DNA of 63,427 nucleotides, the filler included, from Choristocarpus tenellus KU-1152 (taxonomy: Eukaryota; Protista; Phaeophyceae), in the NCBI GenBank assembly GCA_964200185.2. It is 6 parts of 6 records of this genome, joined end to end, with 100 filler letters (N's around TTAATTAATTAA, not from the genome) between each part and the next. Parts side by side here need not be neighbours in the genome. Positions count along the whole stretch, not along the records: positions 34,275 to 40,319 come from CAXNAD020009082.1; positions 40,420 to 43,081 come from CAXNAD020025854.1; positions 43,182 to 51,009 come from CAXNAD020005524.1; 3 more parts are not named here. One strand, given 5' to 3'. Positions 38,607 to 51,109 of the stretch are shown here, piece after piece. The position numbers and the translations under genes were made by a program. The notes beneath the pieces are model-generated. The model was not told the DNA's origin. It searched no databases and worked only from the letters and a program-made list of their open reading frames with translations. Within the stretch, counting starts at the first letter, position 1; every line of letters starts with the position of its first letter.

Positions 38607-39417
38607 TGTTACAGCAGAGTGAAAGTATCTTAGAGGGTACGAGTTTTGCGTTGTTTGTCCATTTGGGGCTTGGCTTCACATGTTTTATTTGATCACATCT
38701 TCCTACTTCAAAATATTTAGGAGTAGGTAAAATGTATACGTTATGAAAAGGTGTGTTCAGAACATGGATGTTGACACTTCCTATCAACACGATAGCCAAA
38801 ATTACATCAAAATCGCAACATTGGATTTTGACCCCTGAATGGACGCGGCGCTACCCTCTAAGATAATTTGGCTCAGCGTGCCCTCAGAACTCACCTCCAC
38901 AGGATATGCAATTCAAATCCAACGACCTTCAAACGACGCTATGGGGGCGTTGCCCTTGATAACAGTTTGTAGGGTTTCAGGTGTCCTCTCTTGATATTCC
39001 ACTCAGTGCTTAGCTCAAAGCTCGACTCAAAGTTTCGTTCAAGATAAAGATAAGACCGATAGGTAAGAAGGGTCAAGGTGTTTCACCAAAAGCCCTCATA
39101 TTATTTTCATCATTCACCCAATTTCTTTGGTCTTCTATGCAACTGCTCTATACGTACTCCAATCATAGACCTTTATTCTGCAACTTCTTAGGGACTTTGA
39201 CATTTTCTTCTGTAAGGTTATGTATGCACTACGAATCTTACTCTCTATCTTCGAAGGAATCAGCTTTTATTCTGTAAGGCTACCTATGTGTTACTGATAT
39301 CGTATGTTGTTCGCACTTGTTAGAATACAAGAAACAATCCTTGCACTATACGTTGGTCACAAATGTTTGTGTTTGCTAAGACATGAGAAGAAATGCTTGT
39401 GCTATTCACCTGTAACA
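38607..39417. mobile_element. Solo-LTR-like element, copy 2, with a MITE inserted 10 bp from its end
   Basis: Perfect 8-bp inverted termini TGTTACAG...CTGTAACA (TG..CA). Homologous to 36958-37517. No clear TSD. Confidence 0.72.
38617..38874 (+). mobile_element. MITE family A (~260 bp), TIR GAGTSAAAGTATCTTAGAGGGTA
   Basis: TIR at both ends. Homologous copies at 42587-42847, 60195-60452 (inverted) and 43010-43081 (partial, inverted). Confidence 0.85.
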
Positions 39418-40212
39418 TGCCCCCCAGGGTGAACTAGCACTACATGTTTCACACTTACCACAGGCGATTGTTACCGGTGAAGGTAATAGATATCTTCAAT
39501 CACCCCAGATCATCCTGTGGCAAGGAGAAAGAAAGAAGAAAAAACCCTAACTCCTAACATGTCCAAAACATATATCCTTACTACTTGGAGAAATCTGTCT
39601 GCAACTAACCTAATCAGAGTATATATTTACTCTTTCTAAAGTACAGCTACCCTAAGGTGCCAAGTATCATCTGATTATTGCCTGTCTCTTGCCCTCCAAG
39701 CACGAAGCATATTGACGGCTGCTAGTGCGTAAAACGGGCAATAACATAATCATCAGCGATAAAAAGTATTAAAAAAATGAAGAAGGATAGAACAAAACAA
39801 GGAATTAAGGGGATCAGGTACCTGTTCGGATAAAGAGGAGAGAAAAAAAAAGGTTAAGCAAGGGATAGATGAAAATGTAAAAATATTAAAAAAGAATATC
39901 CAAAAAGAAAACGAAATAATAATATAAAATAAAAGGGGGGAAAAAAATATCCATGGAATAAAGGGGGTCAGGTACCTAATGTACACAAAAAAAATCAAAA
40001 ACACAAAATGACAAAAAATATAAATCAAAACATCTTACATAAATTGCTATCGGTTCTGATGTGAGTTACTTCATGGTTCCAACTTCTGCTATCGTATGTT
40101 CCATGCGGGGACTACCTGTTTCATGCTTATCACAGGCAATGATCATTATCTGGATAGAATATACCCATCACCTTAGATCATGCTGCGGTGGCATGCATCA
40201 TTGCCCTTTGGT

Positions 40213-40319
40213 AACATAGGGGCTTCAGTTCCGACTCTGCCAGTTTTCTCCAACATAGGGACTCCAGTTCCGACTCTGCCAGTTGTTTCCAACATAGGGA
40301 CTCCAGTTCCGACTCTGCC
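40213..40319. repeat. 39-bp tandem repeat (x~2.7), truncated by the linker
   Basis: Unit AACATAGGGACTCCAGTTCCGACTCTGCCAGTTGTTTCC. Confidence 0.85.
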
Positions 40320-40419
40320 NNNNNNNNNNNNNNNNNNNNNNNNNNNNNNNNNNNNNNNNNNNNTTAATTAATTAANNNNNNNNNNNNNNNNNNNNNNNNN
40401 NNNNNNNNNNNNNNNNNNN
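40320..40419. other. Artificial assembly linker
   Basis: 44N-TTAATTAATTAA-44N, followed by a long poly-G run. Confidence 0.97.
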
Positions 40420-40474
<55 letters not shown>

Positions 40475-41202
40475 GTAGAGAGAGGGGCAGAGGAAAAGAA
40501 TGAGGTGGAGGTGGGGAGGAGTCAGTAGGAATTAGGAATGTTAGACAAGGGGAGTGGTAGGTCGCTGAAGGGTGCAATTCAATCAAACATGATACTTGAT
40601 TCGGGGATATAGTTTGAAGAAGAAAGAAGGTCAGGTTGCCCTTTAGTTGGTGCCCTTTTTTGTCGCAAGTGAGTAGTGAATCAGAAAATATACAAATTAT
40701 GGAGAGAGTCAACTACAATGTTCCTCGCCCCCTCACTCCTTACCTACTGCTTTCATAACAAAGATGAAAGGAGAGTTATGCCTCCCAATTGTATGCTTTG
40801 GGTAATTTGGTATTATTCTCCAGCTTTGTATTTGTAACTGGTTTTGTGATCCCATGTAGCTGCTGAGCCCAATTCTATGTGGGTTACTACTTCTAGCTCT
40901 CTCTCTATATTTTTCTGACTAAAATAACTTTTCTAGGTTGATCATATAGCTCTGTGCAACTGCACCATCATTTGCTATAAAGCTACAGCAACCAACCTAC
41001 CCCAAACCATTGCATGAGGTGAAATATGTTGATTACCTCTGACATGGATATGTAAGTGTAACCCTTGCCTGGTAACCACAAAAAATGGACCCCATTTTGA
41101 ATTTTGTAAATCAAATCACCCCCTCGCCCTACTTCCATCTAGTCCTTACCAATTGTGCTTTTGAACTCTGGGCAGGGGCAAAGTTCAGGTTGGTTGCACT
41201 AT

Positions 41203-41643
41203 CTATGTGTGAGCAGGAGATAACATACTCCCATCTTTGTTACTAACATGGCAGGCACAACATGGGGAAGCGCGTGCGTAGAGGATCTCTTGATGCACTC
41301 TTATGTCTCTAGGGAGGGAGCTCAAAGGTTCCTTCCACTCGAAATTGGCTATAATGAGCTCGTCCATTCTCCCCCTTGCATTCTTCCACACAGCTTGTGA
41401 AACATTACTCTACTTCTGAGCACAAAAAAATACTCCACCCCTGCCCAAATCACCTATGATGCCACAGACCTGAGACACTTCCCCGATGCCTGGTACATTT
41501 GGTGAGTCCCCTAATGCCTCAATGTACGTGCAGCCGTCCCACTCTGCAATAATAGTGTCCAGGTCGTCTTCCACGGTATCCTCCTCCGCCACGGTGAAGT
41601 CTACCCCGTACCATGTGGCGTACTGATGGGTGGGTTTTCCTTC
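41203..41643 (-). CDS. Possible exons of an unidentified protein
   Basis: CAG|EGKPTHQYATWYGVDFTVAEEDTVEDDLDTIIAEWDGCTYIEALGDSPNVPGIGEVSQ|GT, then a possible ~57-nt intron and SNVSQAVWKNARGRMDELIIANFEWKEPL. Coding-like composition, but no family recognised. Confidence 0.35.
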
Positions 41644-42586
41644 CTGGCAGGTTAGGGAAGGTGGTAAGGGAGGTCGGGACACTCACTCTAAAAGCAGAAC
41701 ATATATGCTCACCATAAACTGAGGACATAGCATTTACACAGTCCAGGTGATAGGCCCTCATGACAGTAAACCCAGGATGGAACAAAAAGCGATTTGCTGT
41801 GTTGCTGAGAAGGGAGTCTTTGAGCAAGCAATTTACTAGACCACAATTGTTGACCAGGTAAGGATTACCTATTTTGGATTGTCACTGCTTGATTTCTTGT
41901 GACTCCATCACTCTCCTGTGCCCTCCTCAATACCTTGGAGTGCCACAACGTCCGAAAAAGATCGATCCCTGCAGTCTTTGCCTCTTTCCAGTAGCATGCT
42001 GGGTGAACCAGAAAAAACCAATGAAAAAATATTTTTTCATAGAATTCTATAGGGCCTGATTTAGGCGCTTTAGGATATTATGCTCAAGATGTCTTTTGCT
42101 TGACACCCCCTACTTGACGCCTTCATGCAATGCCCGAAATACAGCTCCCCCACAAGTAGACTCTCTTGTAGAAGATGGAGACAAACGTTCGCCCACACAA
42201 CCAAGCTCAAGATCGTCCTCCAGAGTGCTAGGAGCACATCATGTACCACAAGGTAGTTGGAGAGGCCCGTCACACTCAACAGCAGCACCCACCCCCCTCT
42301 GCGACCCATTGGCCCTTCTTCACTAGAAAATAACTTTTAGTTGGTTCTTTGTACACAAGTTTGTGGTTAGTTGGGTACAGTAATGTTTTTGATGTAATGA
42401 TGCCCTCCCTCAACATAGATATCAAGAGAAGGTCTTGGAACGACGTGAATCTCACAACCGTTTCGCGCACACAGTTCAACTGAAACAGGCACTCGAGATG
42501 TGCCTCACTATGCCAACTGTTTCCCCTCTTATATTATGTAAACCAACCACAATAATGGTATACCCTGTTACTGTTTCAGTTCTTTT

Positions 42587-42847
42587 GAGTGAAAGTATGT
42601 TAGAGGCTACGAGTTTTGCTCTATTTGTCCGTTTGGGACTTGGCTCCTCACAGGTTGTTTTTATGACATTTTACCTACTCCGAAATGTTTCAGAGTAGGT
42701 ACAATGTGTACATTATGAAAAGGTGTGTCCGGAACAAGGATATTGACACTTCCTAACAAACACGAGAGCCAAGATTACATCAAAATTGCAACATTGGATT
42801 TTGACCACCAAATGGACACAGTTCAACCATCTAAGATACTTTGACTC
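42587..42847 (+). mobile_element. MITE family A copy
   Basis: GAGTGAAAGTATGTTAGAGG...CCATCTAAGATACTTTGACTC. Colinear with 38617-38874. Confidence 0.85.
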
Positions 42848-43009
42848 CTTGAGACTGGTGCAGAAGAGGCATCTCATGCAACTCCCATGAGCTCCAAGTG
42901 GAAAACATATTGTCTAAAGTTTATTTGCAACATGATGCAGACTATTGGCTATTGGGTGGCTTGACAACAAGGTAGAAACTGCACAAGTCCAGTGAAGGTG
43001 CACACTCCT

Positions 43010-43081
43010 GCGTCAAAGTATCTTAGAGGATAGAGCTGCATCCATTTGGGGGCCAAAATCCACTGTTGCGATTTTGATGTA
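43010..43081 (-). mobile_element. MITE family A partial copy, cut by the linker
   Basis: GCGTCAAAGTATCTTAGAGGATAG...CAAAATCCACTGTTGCGATTTTGATGTA is the reverse complement of the family A right end. Confidence 0.75.
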
Positions 43082-43181
43082 NNNNNNNNNNNNNNNNNNN
43101 NNNNNNNNNNNNNNNNNNNNNNNNNTTAATTAATTAANNNNNNNNNNNNNNNNNNNNNNNNNNNNNNNNNNNNNNNNNNNN
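43082..43181. other. Artificial assembly linker
   Basis: 44N-TTAATTAATTAA-44N. Confidence 0.97.
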
Positions 43182-45941
43182 CTGTACAGACAGGGCGAGC
43201 TGTATGGCTTCTCGGGAGTATTCCTTTCACTGCACGGTCAGTGGTCCGGTTGTTGCACTTTCCACTGTTGTATGTTTTGTTGTATAAGAAAGTCAGGAAG
43301 ACATGGAGGCTGGTCCTGACTACCTTGTCCTTTGCTAGATTATTTTCTCCTGGTTTGACCTTGTTCTCAAAACAGATGGGAGTGGGTAGGAGAGGAGTTG
43401 GCAACATTATATATATACATATATTTTCTCTTCAAGGGGTCTTTCACTGATTTGACTTACGAAGAATTAAGGAAGCGTAACAAAATAGGTTGTTTTTTAG
43501 GAATAAATAAATTATAATAACTCACTGCAAGCAACATACAAGTGAGAACAATTATAATGAGCAAATGTTATAGAGTAGTTTTTTTGAAACATATGATAAA
43601 GATTGTCCAGAAGAGATATTATCTAAAAAAGAAATAATTGAAGGTCTTTGTTCCTGGACCTCTGCAGACACCAGTGCTGCTCTGTGTGGTAGCAGTGTGC
43701 AAGTGCGTGGTAGTGAGTAAGTTCAACCTATTGTATTGTATTATGTATCCTTTCAGGGAGAGGGGAAAGAGGAATGCAATGGTTCCCCTCTAGATTGTTC
43801 CATACCTCTTGTGTGCTAACACATGTTTGATTTACATATCATTAGCCATTGAGTTCGGTATTGAGTCGTGTTGAAATTTGGTCACACGAGGCTTGATACT
43901 GGCTGCCAAAATGGAGACCCTACCTGTCTCTTCCATCCCCTCTGCAGCCCAGTATCATGGTGCTCACCCCTAGTGCAATCAAGTGTGATAATCCTTCTAC
44001 TTTGTCGTGAGTGTAAAGGGTTATTAATATTGATGTGGCATCCTCCTCCACACCACGAAAAGGTCTATCTGTGGATCTAGAGGTGCTAAAAGCAACTCTA
44101 ATCCCAACAACTTCCACTACCTCACTTATCCCTCTTCCCTACCCCCTCCCCCCCTCTTGCTCATTTCACTTTTTCCCTACAGAGTGCTGAATCCTCACCA
44201 CACCACAGTGTTTTGTCATCATCAACGCCTGTCAATGGTGCTACTGACCGCGGGCGCTTCTCGTCCCTTGGATGAGGGTGATACGTGCATCATATTAATT
44301 ATGTACAAAGTTTTCTGGCAGTTCACTGTTCAGTGGTTGATGTTGGGGGCAGGAACTGGATGGGAGAGTGTGCAAATCCACACCAACAACAGGACATTTT
44401 AGTATATTATGTCACACAATTTTTACATACTCTCTGGACATTCATGGCTGGGTATCTACACCTATAATTTTTTGTTTGTTGATGGGGAACAGTGTTTATG
44501 TATAGGATGATGACATTTCCTACTCTACCATACCCATACTGAGTTTGTTGTTGCAAGATATTCTGGTGGGAATTAAATAGCTAAGCATAAACAACAGGGA
44601 TTGCTTATTGCATGAGCTTCCTTCTTTTGAATCTTTCCAAGAACGTAGTATCTGCTGCCTGCCAATGAGATGGGCAGTTGTTTGGTGAAGTTGTGGGTCC
44701 TATGCTACTTCTGGTGTACCCAGGTGATCGGTCCATTATCCCTTTTGGTATTAACTGGAGAATGTAAGGTTGGAAGTAGATACATATTTTATGGTAAAAT
44801 AGCATTGAGATGCTGGTCACATCCAAGGTTATCATACCAATGAGATTCATTGTAGAAGTCTGTGCCAAGTGAGCAATCAGGTCTACACAGTGTGACCTCC
44901 CACTAAATTGCCAGAACAAAAACGTATACACCTACATGGTTCATGTTGGTGTTGCCTTCCTGAGTAGTAGATTACAGGTCAGTCATAGTACTGCTAGTAT
45001 GATGCAGAAGGTCTTGACAGTGGTGGGATGTAGATGCACTTTCTGTGATTGTCAGGGAAGCAACTAAAGGTCAATGGTGTTGGCAGTAACATCATGCTCC
45101 AGTCTCCTTTCTAGAGGCTTACTCTGGGTGTAAAGAGTCTTGCACCTATGAGGGGTAGCAGTGAAATGAGCACAAGCAGCCAGGACTAACATCTTGAACT
45201 GCCATGAACCCTAACCTTACAATTGATGTTGTCAATCGCGGTAATTCAGTAACACAGTATGATTCGATTAGATCAAGATTAATCCATATTGTCATGTAAG
45301 GGATCCATTGCTCGATTTATTCTCTACTTACCATTGAGAGTGTGTGTATGGAGGGTGGGAGGCTACACAAGCAAGTTCACTGAACACTTCCATGAGTTCA
45401 TGAGGAGAGTGCCTGGGTGCTCTACACACAGTGGGAAGTGGGAGTATCTGATATCACTATTATTATCATTAGTAGATTGATGTTTATGACGTTGACCCCC
45501 CTGCTGGATAGGTATGCCCTAATACATGCAGAGGGCAATGGGGAGGAAGACATAGGGTTGGATGAAAACGAGCAAGGGGTGCAGAGCCTGACGTGAAGCA
45601 GGTTAATCTTGTGACTGAACAGAAGAGAGTGGACAACAGTAAAACCCACTGGGTCCAGGGCTGACATCTGACGCTTCCTTAGATGGTATGCAAGAAGGAT
45701 GCCTAATCTCTAGTCTGCTTATTTATGCTCAATCTGTGTGGAAGATAAGGACCTTTCCAAACCTGAGATGAGTTGGGTGATTCAAAAGCCTTTAAAAAAT
45801 AGCACAGCACAGTGACGCAAACTCATCAAGTAAAAAGCATCGGCACCATTTATTGTTGGCGTATTGGGGAGTCTTGTATTCACAAACAGTTGAAATATAT
45901 TTTTCCACCATAACCGACAACACCAAACCTCATTCAACATT

Positions 45942-48608
45942 CTACATTCCTGCACCCTTGTCCCCCTCTGCGACGGCAGTCCTCTTGTATTTGACAAAAC
46001 GACTGGCATTGAGTGATGTCTCCTTCAGGTGGCAAAGTGCGTCCCTCCCCAGTGGCGACCCCTCCTGCTTCACCTTGCGCCGGAATCCTGGAACCGCTGT
46101 AGCCAAAGCTGTGAGCATACCAGCAGCCCGAAAGGCAGGGTCTTGGCTGTCGTCGCCATAGATATCCATGATCGCATTCAATGCCTCTGCTTGCACCAAA
46201 ACGTGAGGGTCTTCTAACACACGCACCAGTGCATTGGCAAGCACCAAGTTACCCTCCTCAGCACCTCCTGCACCAGATAAAGTACCCAGCAACCCAAGCA
46301 TCCCCACAGCATTCACTCTTGCCTCAAATGCTGGGGTCGACTCTCGGTCACACAGTCGAAGCAGGAGTGTCGCTGCCTCTGCTGTGACCATGACTGTTGC
46401 TCCTGCCCCACCCATCACTGCAGGCCCCACTCTACGTACAAGCCCCCACATTATGCTAGTGAGGGGCTCCACACAGGAGGGAGCTCGTATTGCTGCCTCC
46501 TCACACATAGTGCACAGGTTGGACCACAGAGGTTGGGGGTCACCCAATGCACTCAAGGGAAGGTTCTGGACCAGATTTGCTGCGCACAATGCCACTGTCC
46601 TACGTAGGTCTGCAAGGTCTGCAGCTGTTCCTGACGGCAAGGCTAATCGCCCCCTTTCCTGCATACCTACGTCCTTCCCCTCTTCCTCTCCCCCATCAGT
46701 TCCCTCTGCCCCTGCATTTGCCCTGTCTCGTGGAGTGGGTGAAAGAAGCGACTGAAGAGTGCCCATTACACGCAAAATGGCACCTGCATCCACAATTGCT
46801 TGGAGGAGAACCCTTGGGTTCTCAGAAGAGCTCCATGTTCCACGGGCGGTTGTCGCTTCTGACATTGCCACATCTGCACTTTTTGCAACACGTTCCATCG
46901 CCTCTTCATCATCAGACCCCCACTCTTCCTCTTCCCCTTCCCCTTCTTCCTCACCAGCTGCCAGAGCACAAAGATTTGTCATCACCTCTGCTGAAAGCTT
47001 CAATGGCTCCGCCACCTTCAACTTCCACTCCCAACGGATTTTTGCGTCCATGTCAGGCTGCTCAGCGTGATCTCCCTCCCCATTCCCAATTCCCTTGTCA
47101 CTCTCTGCTTCTCCTGTCCTGTCATCCACTCCACTGACACCAACAATGTTCATGGCTTCACTAGTTGCCTTTGAAGCTGCAGAGGCAGCTATGGTGCCAA
47201 CTATGTCTACGTGATCAGAACAGCCTTCTGTGTCCATCTCAACTACTGCTCTCCCTCTCTCTTCTCCTTTGCTGCTACTACTGCCACTGGTGGCTGCAAG
47301 GGTTGCACAAGCAGATTCCAAAACCCCTGGATCATAGGCCATGCAGTTGACCACTAGTGGAATTATAAGCCGACCAAGCTCAGCCTGTCCCTCCTCTGTG
47401 TTAGCTGCTGCTGAGAGCCCAGCAGCATTGACAAGGATTCCTGCTGCCTGGAGACGCATTGAACTGGATACATTGGGCAGACTGCTTGTTCCCTGGACCA
47501 GTTCTGTGAGTCCATCAGTGGCGCCAGGGAGGGCCACTAGCTGGTGAACCAGTTCTGGGTTGGAGTCAGTAGCCACGTGGAGGGCCTGCAATGTGGAGGA
47601 ACAGTAGGTGTGAAATTACTAGTCTTTCCAGATATTTGTGGGTGGATCATGCGGAAAATGAAGACCTTTCCTGACACTTAACAACTGTGCCATAGTCTGT
47701 ACAGTAGGAGGATGAGGTGTACTCTTCAGTTTAACCCTCAAATGACATACTCTTTTGTACTGCTTCAGGGTGAGGCTGTGGAACTATGACCCCATATCTA
47801 CACCACACAAACAAAATCATACCGGATAAGGTATGTAGGCATAAAACTGTCTGGTATCTAGATGCAAAATTAGATGCAGTTCAATATTGGCACAGGAGCA
47901 AGCAATTGGTTCCACCTCATGACTCACCTGGAGGGCACCACTGAAAATCTCAGCACATCCCCGACTGCCCTTGGGTGTCAGTAGTTGCATCAGGACTTGC
48001 AGCCCACCCTGATTTGTGAAACGCATCACTGCGACCTCGACCGCAGCAAGGAGATTGCATAGGGTGGCTACAAGTTGGGTCATAACAATCTGGTCCTGCT
48101 CTGGGGTGAGCTGGCATCCATGCTCTCCACCCTCACCCTCTTCGGCGCCCAACCTGGTTGGCATCGTCATACGGTCCAGCAGGGTCAACACGGGCGTCAA
48201 GCAGTCGTCATTGACCATGACCTCGCAGACACGGGGGTCTCGCACGGCGCTAATATTCCGGAGTGCTCCAGTAGCCTGAACCTTAACTTCGGGTGCCCGA
48301 TCCTGCACGCAGCTCAGCATCTTCTTCACCAGTCCACCAGCAATGAGCCTCTGCGCCACACTCCATGTACCTGCCCCCGCCTCCATGATGTCGACCTTCT
48401 CGAAAAGGGAAGCGATGGCGGCACATGAGGACTCACGCGTGACATCATTAAGACTTCCCAAGCCATCCAGGACTCCATTTGACATATCGATCACATCTTT
48501 CCCCTGGTGGAGTGGACCCAGGAGTTCAGTGGCTGACGCTGCAGTGGCAGAGTCGGCGGCAGCACGGGCGGCTTTTCTATGATCTTTCTTCTTCCTAGCC
48601 TTACCCAT
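45942..48608 (-). CDS. HEATR3: HEAT/ARM repeat protein, HEATR3/Syo1 (symportin-1)-like, 2 exons, ~774 aa
   Basis: Exons 48608-47928 and 47585-45942, phase-0 GT-AG intron. Basic N-terminus MGKARKKKDHRK, ARM repeat VQATGALRNIS..VCEVMVNDDCLTPV, LSAEVMTNLC followed by an acidic loop (EEEEWGSDDEE), and C-terminal AEALNAIMDIYGDD..NASRFVKYK. Confidence 0.82.
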
Positions 48609-49462
48609 GATCCCCTGATGAACAACGCAAAGCGAAGAGGGCTGCCACCAAAAGTGTAAGCGTGGGGCTGTGGCACACCAAGTGAAACGAAGGAGAGGCC
48701 CAATGCAAGCGATGACAGATCTTCAGATGGGGATATACAACAACAACGAGGTAATGAGGTGCCAGGATCATCATGCTGACGTGCTTTAAACAACCAGAAA
48801 TGGTGTAGGGTGATGTTTGATGAAAGACTACAAGGGGGAACAAGAATGGATGTTTAAAGAGTGTAGTCTACCTGAGTAGCACTAGTGGCCGAACTGGTTA
48901 GGACAATGAATGGTGGCAGGGTGGGTGAAGGTACTTGTAGTTAGAATGAGGTGTATGTGAAGAGGGTAGTATGAAAATTTCTCCTGGTCTAGGAGGTCAC
49001 CATGCTAAAGGGAGGTGGCGGGCACCATCCGTAGTACAGGTGCAGAGCAGAAAAGTCAAGAAAAAGACACACACACACACACAGTCAACAGCGACATTTT
49101 GTGGCGAGGGCGAACGCAGGAGACCAGCAAGCAAATATCAGTGGAGCCTTGAACATTCCTATTAGTTCAACCGGTAACAGGGGCACATGGCTTACCTAAG
49201 CCTGCTTGGGTCTACCCAGATAGAGACCTCTCAGTCAACGCTCCAAAACATGATATGGCGCTACGTATCAATTCTGTAGCGCTATGAAATTTGAGGCTTA
49301 CCTTTTTTGTGGACCCCACATAAATAAACCCCACTCATCCTCACTTCCCTTGGTGCAGGTACACCTCACCAAGGAGGTAAACCAACCACCGTAGTCTTGG
49401 CATTGTATCTAAAGAACAGTAAGGGTCAGATCGATCTCCGATCTCACTGATCGTCAGCCACG
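48609..49462. promoter_or_regulatory. Putative bidirectional promoter between HEATR3-like and Nopp140/SRP40-like genes
   Basis: Divergent ATGs separated by 854 bp on one contig. Imperfect inverted repeat ATGGCGCTAC-n11-GTAGCGCTAT at ~49255-49285. Confidence 0.45.
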
Positions 49463-51009
49463 ATGGCTCCTGTCGAGGACGTCGAACCGAGCGCTATTTT
49501 ACCCTTGGTTTACGAATTCCTCCAGGTAGGGTCTGCTTTGAGTCATATGGCAATGTTGAGACGAGTGTATGTAATGATCGGGATGAGTTCATTGCGTGTG
49601 ATTGGTTTTTGCTCTGTAGCGGTCGTGTGTGGCAGCTGGAAGCATAGTCAACGTGGATGACCCGCGTAAGGTATCGACCTACACTTGTATCATGGAACTC
49701 GTTGTGATATGCCCCTCATGTTCCTCACCTTTACCCTCCACAGGATTTTGGACTGCCACAGACGGCAAAGCGGTTGCGGAAAGAGACACAACTGACGCCA
49801 AAAAAGTTGGCTGCTACCAAGGTATGAACCATTAAACCCATCCAATCGTCTGCAACGTAGAGTTGTACTTCTACCCAAATGATTTTTCTAAGATGCCATT
49901 CCTCTCCATTCATCTCTCCCCTGTCTTGATACGAGCTATCTCTTCAGATCTTCATTGATGGCCAGCGTACGGGTACACCTTACTGGGGTTTACATGAGTC
50001 TAATATCCAAGAGATGTGGTCTTACTCGCGTCTGTCGTTAACACAAACTTTGCCACAATCCTTATTCCTGTTGTCCTCGCTATCCTTGATGCCTTCCTCT
50101 GCTTACCATTGTATGTCCAGATTAGCCTTGGTCTCAGTCATAGTCTTGTGGAAATAACTAATATGCACCTCAAAGCTCGAGTTGATCAAAACGGAACAGG
50201 ATCGAAGGGAGGAAAGACGGTTAAGGGCAAGGCAATTGCACCCGCAACTGAATCGACCGAAGACGAAAGTAGTACAGGCGGGAGCGGCTCAAGTGAGGAG
50301 GAGGAGGTCGCTGTGATAAAAGCAAAGGGAAAGAAAACCGGAAAGAAAACCACACCAGTAGAAAAGTCCTCAAGGGAGAATGATAGCGATGATAACAGCG
50401 AAGTTGAGGAGGAAACCGAGCCAAAAGCGAACGGAAAGAAGACTGTAGGGCCGGCAGCTGATTCTTCAAGTGGGGAGGATAGTGATGAGGGCAGTGATGA
50501 AGAGGAGCCCGCTAAACAAAAATCCAAGGTACGGAGCAAGCATGTAGTTGTGGCCCCTCTGTCCTCGAGTGAAGATAGTAGTGGAGAGGATAGTGAGGAG
50601 GAGGGCAAGGCTGCGAAGCCCAAGGCATCGAAATGTGGGAAATCGGTACCTGTAGCACAGTCTTCAAGTGAGGATGAAGGGGATGATGACAGCTCATTGG
50701 AGGAGGAGGAAGTCACCAAGAGCAAGGTGAATGGGCAGAAGAAAGCTGAAGAATCTTCGAGTGAGGATGACAGCTCATCAGACGAGGAGGAGGAGGAGGG
50801 GAAGGAGGGAGTCACCAAGAGCAAGGTGAATGGGAAAAAGAAAGCTGAAGAATCTTCGAGTGATGATGACAGCTCATCAGAGGAGGAGGAGGAGGAAAGC
50901 TCATCAGAGGAGGAGGAGGAGGAAGTCACCAAGAGCAAGGTGAAAGGGAAGAAGAGGAAAGCTGAAGAATCTTCAGGTGGTGATGACAGTTCCTCAGAGG
51001 AGGAGGAGG
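49463..51009 (+). CDS. NOLC1: Nopp140/NOLC1/SRP40-like nucleolar phosphoprotein (LisH + alternating acidic-Ser/basic tracts), 3' end lost at the linker
   Basis: Exons 49463-49525, 49744-49821 and 50121->51009. The spliced N-terminus LPLVYEFLQDFGLPQTAKRLRKE is LisH-like. Repeated SSSEDDSSSEEEEE and KSKVNGKKKA blocks follow. The SRP40_C domain is not visible. Confidence 0.75.
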
Positions 51010-51109
51010 NNNNNNNNNNNNNNNNNNNNNNNNNNNNNNNNNNNNNNNNNNNNTTAATTAATTAANNNNNNNNNNNNNNNNNNNNNNNNNNNNNNNNNNN
51101 NNNNNNNNN
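51010..51109. other. Artificial assembly linker
   Basis: 44N-TTAATTAATTAA-44N. Confidence 0.97.

Noticed and set aside
40420-40475. Poly-G run / poly-Pro ORF
   Set aside because: Contig-end homopolymer next to a linker, probably a sequencing or assembly artefact.
49526-50120. Intronic snoRNAs in the nucleolar-protein gene
   Set aside because: No convincing C (RUGAUGA)/D (CUGA) box pair found by eye. A covariance-model search would be needed.
50186-50938. 250-aa Ser-rich ORF on the minus strand, and the + strand ORFs over 46000-48600
   Set aside because: Antisense shadows of the NOLC1-like and HEATR3-like coding exons.
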